From NCBI GenBank assembly GCA_965116925.1, contig OZ220744.1:96001-160000 (forward strand): DNA of 64,000 nucleotides, read 5' to 3'. The position numbers and the translations under genes were made by a program. Each line of letters starts with the position of its first letter. Position 1 is the stretch's first letter. Of this stretch, positions 60,526 through 64,000 are shown in pieces. Under the pieces are notes generated by a model. The model was not told the DNA's origin, searched no databases, and was given only the letters and a program-made list of their open reading frames with translations. Source of the DNA: Candidatus Poribacteria bacterium. Its GTDB lineage: Bacteria; Poribacteria; WGA-4E; PCPOR2b.

Positions 60526-62124
60526 TTATAAGGACGCGACCCGACCCTCGCCACGTGGGTCAGTGCCTCCGGACTGGACAGCCGGATTGTCCGCAAGCAC
60601 AATGGCGTGCCCAGGTCCACCAATACCTCCCTGTGGTTCGACCTGATGCCCTCGTCCTCGCAGTGCTTCGAGCACCTCCGTACCGGCGCGCTCTTCAACG
60701 CCAATCGGTTCGGCTCCCTCGTTGTGCACACGAGGTGCGTCTAGGGCTTCTTGGGCGGTCATTTGCAGATCGATGAGGTTCACCGAGATAGTGAGTTGAT
60801 TGTTCGGAATGGTACGACCACCGGGAATACCATAAGTGGCAAAAGGAGCATCGCCCCGCAACGCGAGCATCGGTGCCATGTTGTGCAACGGGCGTTTGCC
60901 GGGAGCGATAGAGTTGGCAAAACCCGGACGCGGATCGAAACGACCCACTCCGTGCCCAAACAGCAATCCCGTCCCCGGTACGGTAAACATTGAGCCAAAC
61001 CCGCCGCCATGCGTCTGTGTGAGACTCACCATGTTCCCACGGCTATCCGCTGTGGAGATGTGGCTGGTACAGTTGAGTGGTTCGTGATATACAACTTTTC
61101 CCGGTTTCGGTGATTCCAGCCCATCTTCCAACTCCGGTGCGAATTTAGCAACGAATGAATCCGAAAGTTCCGCTGAAATATCAATCTCTACAAAATCGGG
61201 ATCCCCGAATCGACTGAGCCGCTCTTGCCAACCGATTTTCATCGCTTCAGCGAGGAGATGGGTTCGCTCAACGAGAGAGGTATCTCCAACCTCGTACCCC
61301 TCGATTAACCGGAGCATCTGCAAGGTGGTCAATCCTCCGGCACCGAGTGGGGCTGTATAGATCTGATATCCTCGGTAACTGATTTCGTACGGTTCAAGCA
61401 CTCTCGGTGTATAACGCTGAAAATCTTCAACGCTCAAGCACCCACCACTCTCTTGGATATAGTCAGCGATTTTTTGTGCAATACCCCCCTGATAGAAGGC
61501 AAGGGCTCCACCCTCGGCGACAGTCTCTAACGTTCGAGCGAGATCAGGGTTTGTAAGCCGTTCACCCGGCTTCGGTGCTCGACCATTCTTCAGGAAAACA
61601 CGCGCTGTCTCTGGAAAATCCTGAAGCCACCGTTCTGCGTTGCCAGCCATGGCACCTCGATTGGCAGTGTTGGGTGCATAGCCATAGCGGGCAGATCTAA
61701 TAGCCGGTTGAATTATCTCGGCGAGTGGCATAGATCCAAATTGTTCAAGTGCCAAACATAAGCCTGCCACCACACCGGGAACACCGACCGCCAAGGGTCC
61801 ATGGAGATTGACTCTCCCCGGCACGCGGTAGCCTGCTGGAGTGTCGGTCTTTTCGATGGTAAACATCTGATCCGACGCTGCAGCGGGTGCCACTGTATTG
61901 TAGTCGATGGCGATAACCTTGCGCTGATCCGCTAGATAGATGACCATGCAGCCACCATACCCCGCTATGCCGTTGTGACACGGTTCAACGACCCCTTCGG
62001 TGAAAGCAGCCGCGACTGCAGCATCCACCGCGTTACCGCCCGATTGAAGAATGTTCAGACCCGCGTTGGCAGTCCTAGGATGAGGGCCAACTACAGTGCC
62101 GTACTTTCGTTGCCGTGGTTGCAT
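60526..62124 (-). CDS. ggt: Gamma-glutamyltransferase family protein
   Basis: GGNAVDAA, GVPG, TSHISTAD, PGKRP, DAPR, DPRGEG. Confidence 0.92.
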   Translation of the reverse strand: MQPRQRKYGTVVGPHPRTANAGLNILQSGGNAVDAAVAAAFTEGVVEPCHNGIAGYGGCMVIYLADQRKVIAIDYNTVAPAAASDQMFTIEKTDTPAGYRVPGRVNLHGPLAVGVPGVVAGLCLALEQFGSMPLAEIIQPAIRSARYGYAPNTANRGAMAGNAERWLQDFPETARVFLKNGRAPKPGERLTNPDLARTLETVAEGGALAFYQGGIAQKIADYIQESGGCLSVEDFQRYTPRVLEPYEISYRGYQIYTAPLGAGGLTTLQMLRLIEGYEVGDTSLVERTHLLAEAMKIGWQERLSRFGDPDFVEIDISAELSDSFVAKFAPELEDGLESPKPGKVVYHEPLNCTSHISTADSRGNMVSLTQTHGGGFGSMFTVPGTGLLFGHGVGRFDPRPGFANSIAPGKRPLHNMAPMLALRGDAPFATYGIPGGRTIPNNQLTISVNLIDLQMTAQEALDAPRVHNEGAEPIGVEERAGTEVLEALRGRGHQVEPQGGIGGPGHAIVLADNPAVQSGGTDPRGEGRVASL

Positions 62125-62242
62125 ATAGAAATTTCCTTTCCTCCCGTTCAAATTCGCTTTGGAGTGGGCAAGTTGTGCTGACTTATTAACCTATGGTGCT
62201 AGTTGATGAAGATGTCATTTCCATATCGTTCGAGTATTAAGC

Positions 62243-62343
62243 GTAGGTTGGGTTGAACGACACCGATAAAAAGCACCACACATTACGCTGAGATTGCGGT
62301 GTTAGATGCTGCCCGAAATCGCTTCAATCTAGTGAAACCCAAC
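62243..62343. repeat. GTAG-type REP-like palindrome with long spacer
   Basis: GTAGGTTGGGTT...AACCCAAC arms. Confidence 0.5.
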
Positions 62344-62373
62344 GCTCAACCCAATGAACTCACGAACAGGTTT

Positions 62374-62401
62374 TTCACGTTTCACGCATCACGTTTCACG
62401 C
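62374..62401. repeat. Heptamer tandem repeat (T/A)TCACG(T/C) x4
   Basis: Same array at 19884-19904 and 50529-50553. Confidence 0.75.
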
Positions 62402-62442
62402 TTTATCTCTGATGGAAGAGCGTATCAACAGTTGAAAACTTA

Positions 62443-63444
62443 TTAATCTCTCTCGAATTCAGACATCTGAACCGGTGCATTCCGTTCAGCACTCAGTTTA
62501 GCCGCCTCAATCACCGCCATCGAATGACGCACAGAGTGCCCACTCGCATCAGGTTCGCGACCTTCAAGGCAGCAGGTCGCAAACTCCCGAATCTGGTTGG
62601 GCATCCCCTCTCGGCTCGATCCTTCTACCGACACCTCCTGCCCATTGACGGTCAACCTGTCACCTGACAGCATCATCGAGCCTTCGCTTCCAACAATATA
62701 CTGATCATGAGCACTGGTATGAGAGACAACCGTTTGCGACAGTACGCTCACCGCACCATTTTCATGGGTCATCATGGCGGTATACGAGTCCTTTTGGCCT
62801 CGGTACAGATCGGTGCTCTCTGACCCTTGGGCGTAGACCTGTGTTACAGGTGAATTAAGATACCAGTGCAGGATGTCGTATTCGTGCGGTCCAAAGCAGT
62901 AGAGGACGCAGATTCCCCCCATCTCCAGATCGAGATACCAATGTCGAGAGTCGCTCCCCGCTGGCGTTGGGTTGAAATAGCTATACCGCCGCCGTATCAG
63001 GTGTCCCACCTGCCCGATTTCTCCATCAGCAATCATTTTCCGTATTGCACGGCTTACTGGGTAGTAGCGCATCACTTGGCCCACCATCAAAATTTTCCCA
63101 GTTCGATCGCAAGCATCAATCATCCGGTCACAATCTGCAAGCGTCAACGCCATCGGCTTTTCCACCAATACATGTTTTCCCGCTTCTGCAGCGGCAACCA
63201 CCTGATCAGCGTGTAAAGCGTGAGGTGTACAGACATGCACCGCCTCCACCCGTGCATCGTCTAAAAGCGGCTCAAGGTCTGTATAGGCACTAGCACCAAA
63301 ATCTGCCGCCGCTGCACCCACTCGATCAGCGTCTACATCCATAACCGCAGCTAACTGGATGTTGTCATTTGCTTCGATTGCGTTCATATGTGATCGGGCA
63401 ATACCTCCTGCACCGATGACTCCTACCGATAGTACGTCGCTCAT
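62443..63444 (-). CDS. Gfo/Idh/MocA oxidoreductase
   Basis: GVIGAGGIA, VEKPMA. Confidence 0.93.
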   Translation of the reverse strand: MSDVLSVGVIGAGGIARSHMNAIEANDNIQLAAVMDVDADRVGAAAADFGASAYTDLEPLLDDARVEAVHVCTPHALHADQVVAAAEAGKHVLVEKPMALTLADCDRMIDACDRTGKILMVGQVMRYYPVSRAIRKMIADGEIGQVGHLIRRRYSYFNPTPAGSDSRHWYLDLEMGGICVLYCFGPHEYDILHWYLNSPVTQVYAQGSESTDLYRGQKDSYTAMMTHENGAVSVLSQTVVSHTSAHDQYIVGSEGSMMLSGDRLTVNGQEVSVEGSSREGMPNQIREFATCCLEGREPDASGHSVRHSMAVIEAAKLSAERNAPVQMSEFERD

Positions 63445-63665
63445 ACGCTATCTCCCCAGCTAAAATCTTTCTATTGACAAACCTACGTCCAAAGGTTGGA
63501 ATAGAACTCATTATACAGATATATACCCCCGCGTCAATCAAAAAATAGTGCTGACATTTTGCCAAATCACTTTCCACTGGATCTCCCTCACAAAATCGTC
63601 TATAATGTTGTTGACCGACAAAAATCTCAAAATTCATCGACTATAAACAATTAGGAGGAATCGTA

Positions 63666-64000
63666 ATGGTAAACGGATACTTGACAGAGGAACAACGCAA
63701 CCACTGGGATGACCAAGGCTATCTCATTGTAAAACAGGTGTTGTCCCCCGAAGAGGTTCGCACACTGTTGGGGGCTGTCGATACAGTTATTGAAGACTAC
63801 GTCCGGGAAACGGATGGTCCAGATGCTCCTCAGTTTGGTCGAGGTGCTTTCACCATCATTCGAGCGATCGAAAGAACGGATGCGCTAGATGTCTTAACAG
63901 ATCACCCCAACATTTTCGGAACGATTCTTGCCTTAATGGGACCCTACCTCCAGATCATGGGAACGCAGATCTACACGCGACACCCCAGCGATGACCCTTT
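63666..64000 (+). CDS. PhyH-family dioxygenase (3' truncated by window edge)
   Basis: AGGAGG RBS; LTEEQ...WDDQGYLIVKQVLSPEEV...DHP..LMGP. Confidence 0.8.
   Translation, partial: MVNGYLTEEQRNHWDDQGYLIVKQVLSPEEVRTLLGAVDTVIEDYVRETDGPDAPQFGRGAFTIIRAIERTDALDVLTDHPNIFGTILALMGPYLQIMGTQIYTRHPSDDP

Overview
Bacterial chromosomal window, diderm, gene-dense. The content (six PhyH-family dioxygenases, five Gfo/Idh/MocA oxidoreductases, three HEAT-repeat and two NHL-repeat proteins, Uma2, DUF6785, a LamG module) suggests Candidatus Poribacteria; this is an inference. Core genes: maf, tsaB, argJ, the lpxL-lptC-lptA-lptB-rpoN-hpf-hprK-ptsH cluster and rsgA. No rRNA, tRNA, CRISPR array or intact transposase was recognised. 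Items the ORF track misses: (1) an in-frame UGA selenoprotein of the DUF3179 family (WUPLC plus a SECIS-like hairpin), split into two ORFs; (2) a 38-codon upstream ORF with an intrinsic terminator and a 17-nt antiterminator ahead of rsgA, a candidate translation-sensing attenuator; (3) three MITE families, one with 8-bp target duplications, whose copies carry differing REP-like cargo; (4) an orphan Rhs fragment with a LamG domain inside its core, a HExxH tip and an adjacent lipoprotein; (5) an ~80-aa insertion in sigma-54; (6) an EctR/CosR-like regulator with a predicted operator next to a DEAD-box helicase and a desaturase; (7) a tnpB N-terminal remnant. All family calls come from motif recognition; no searches were run.
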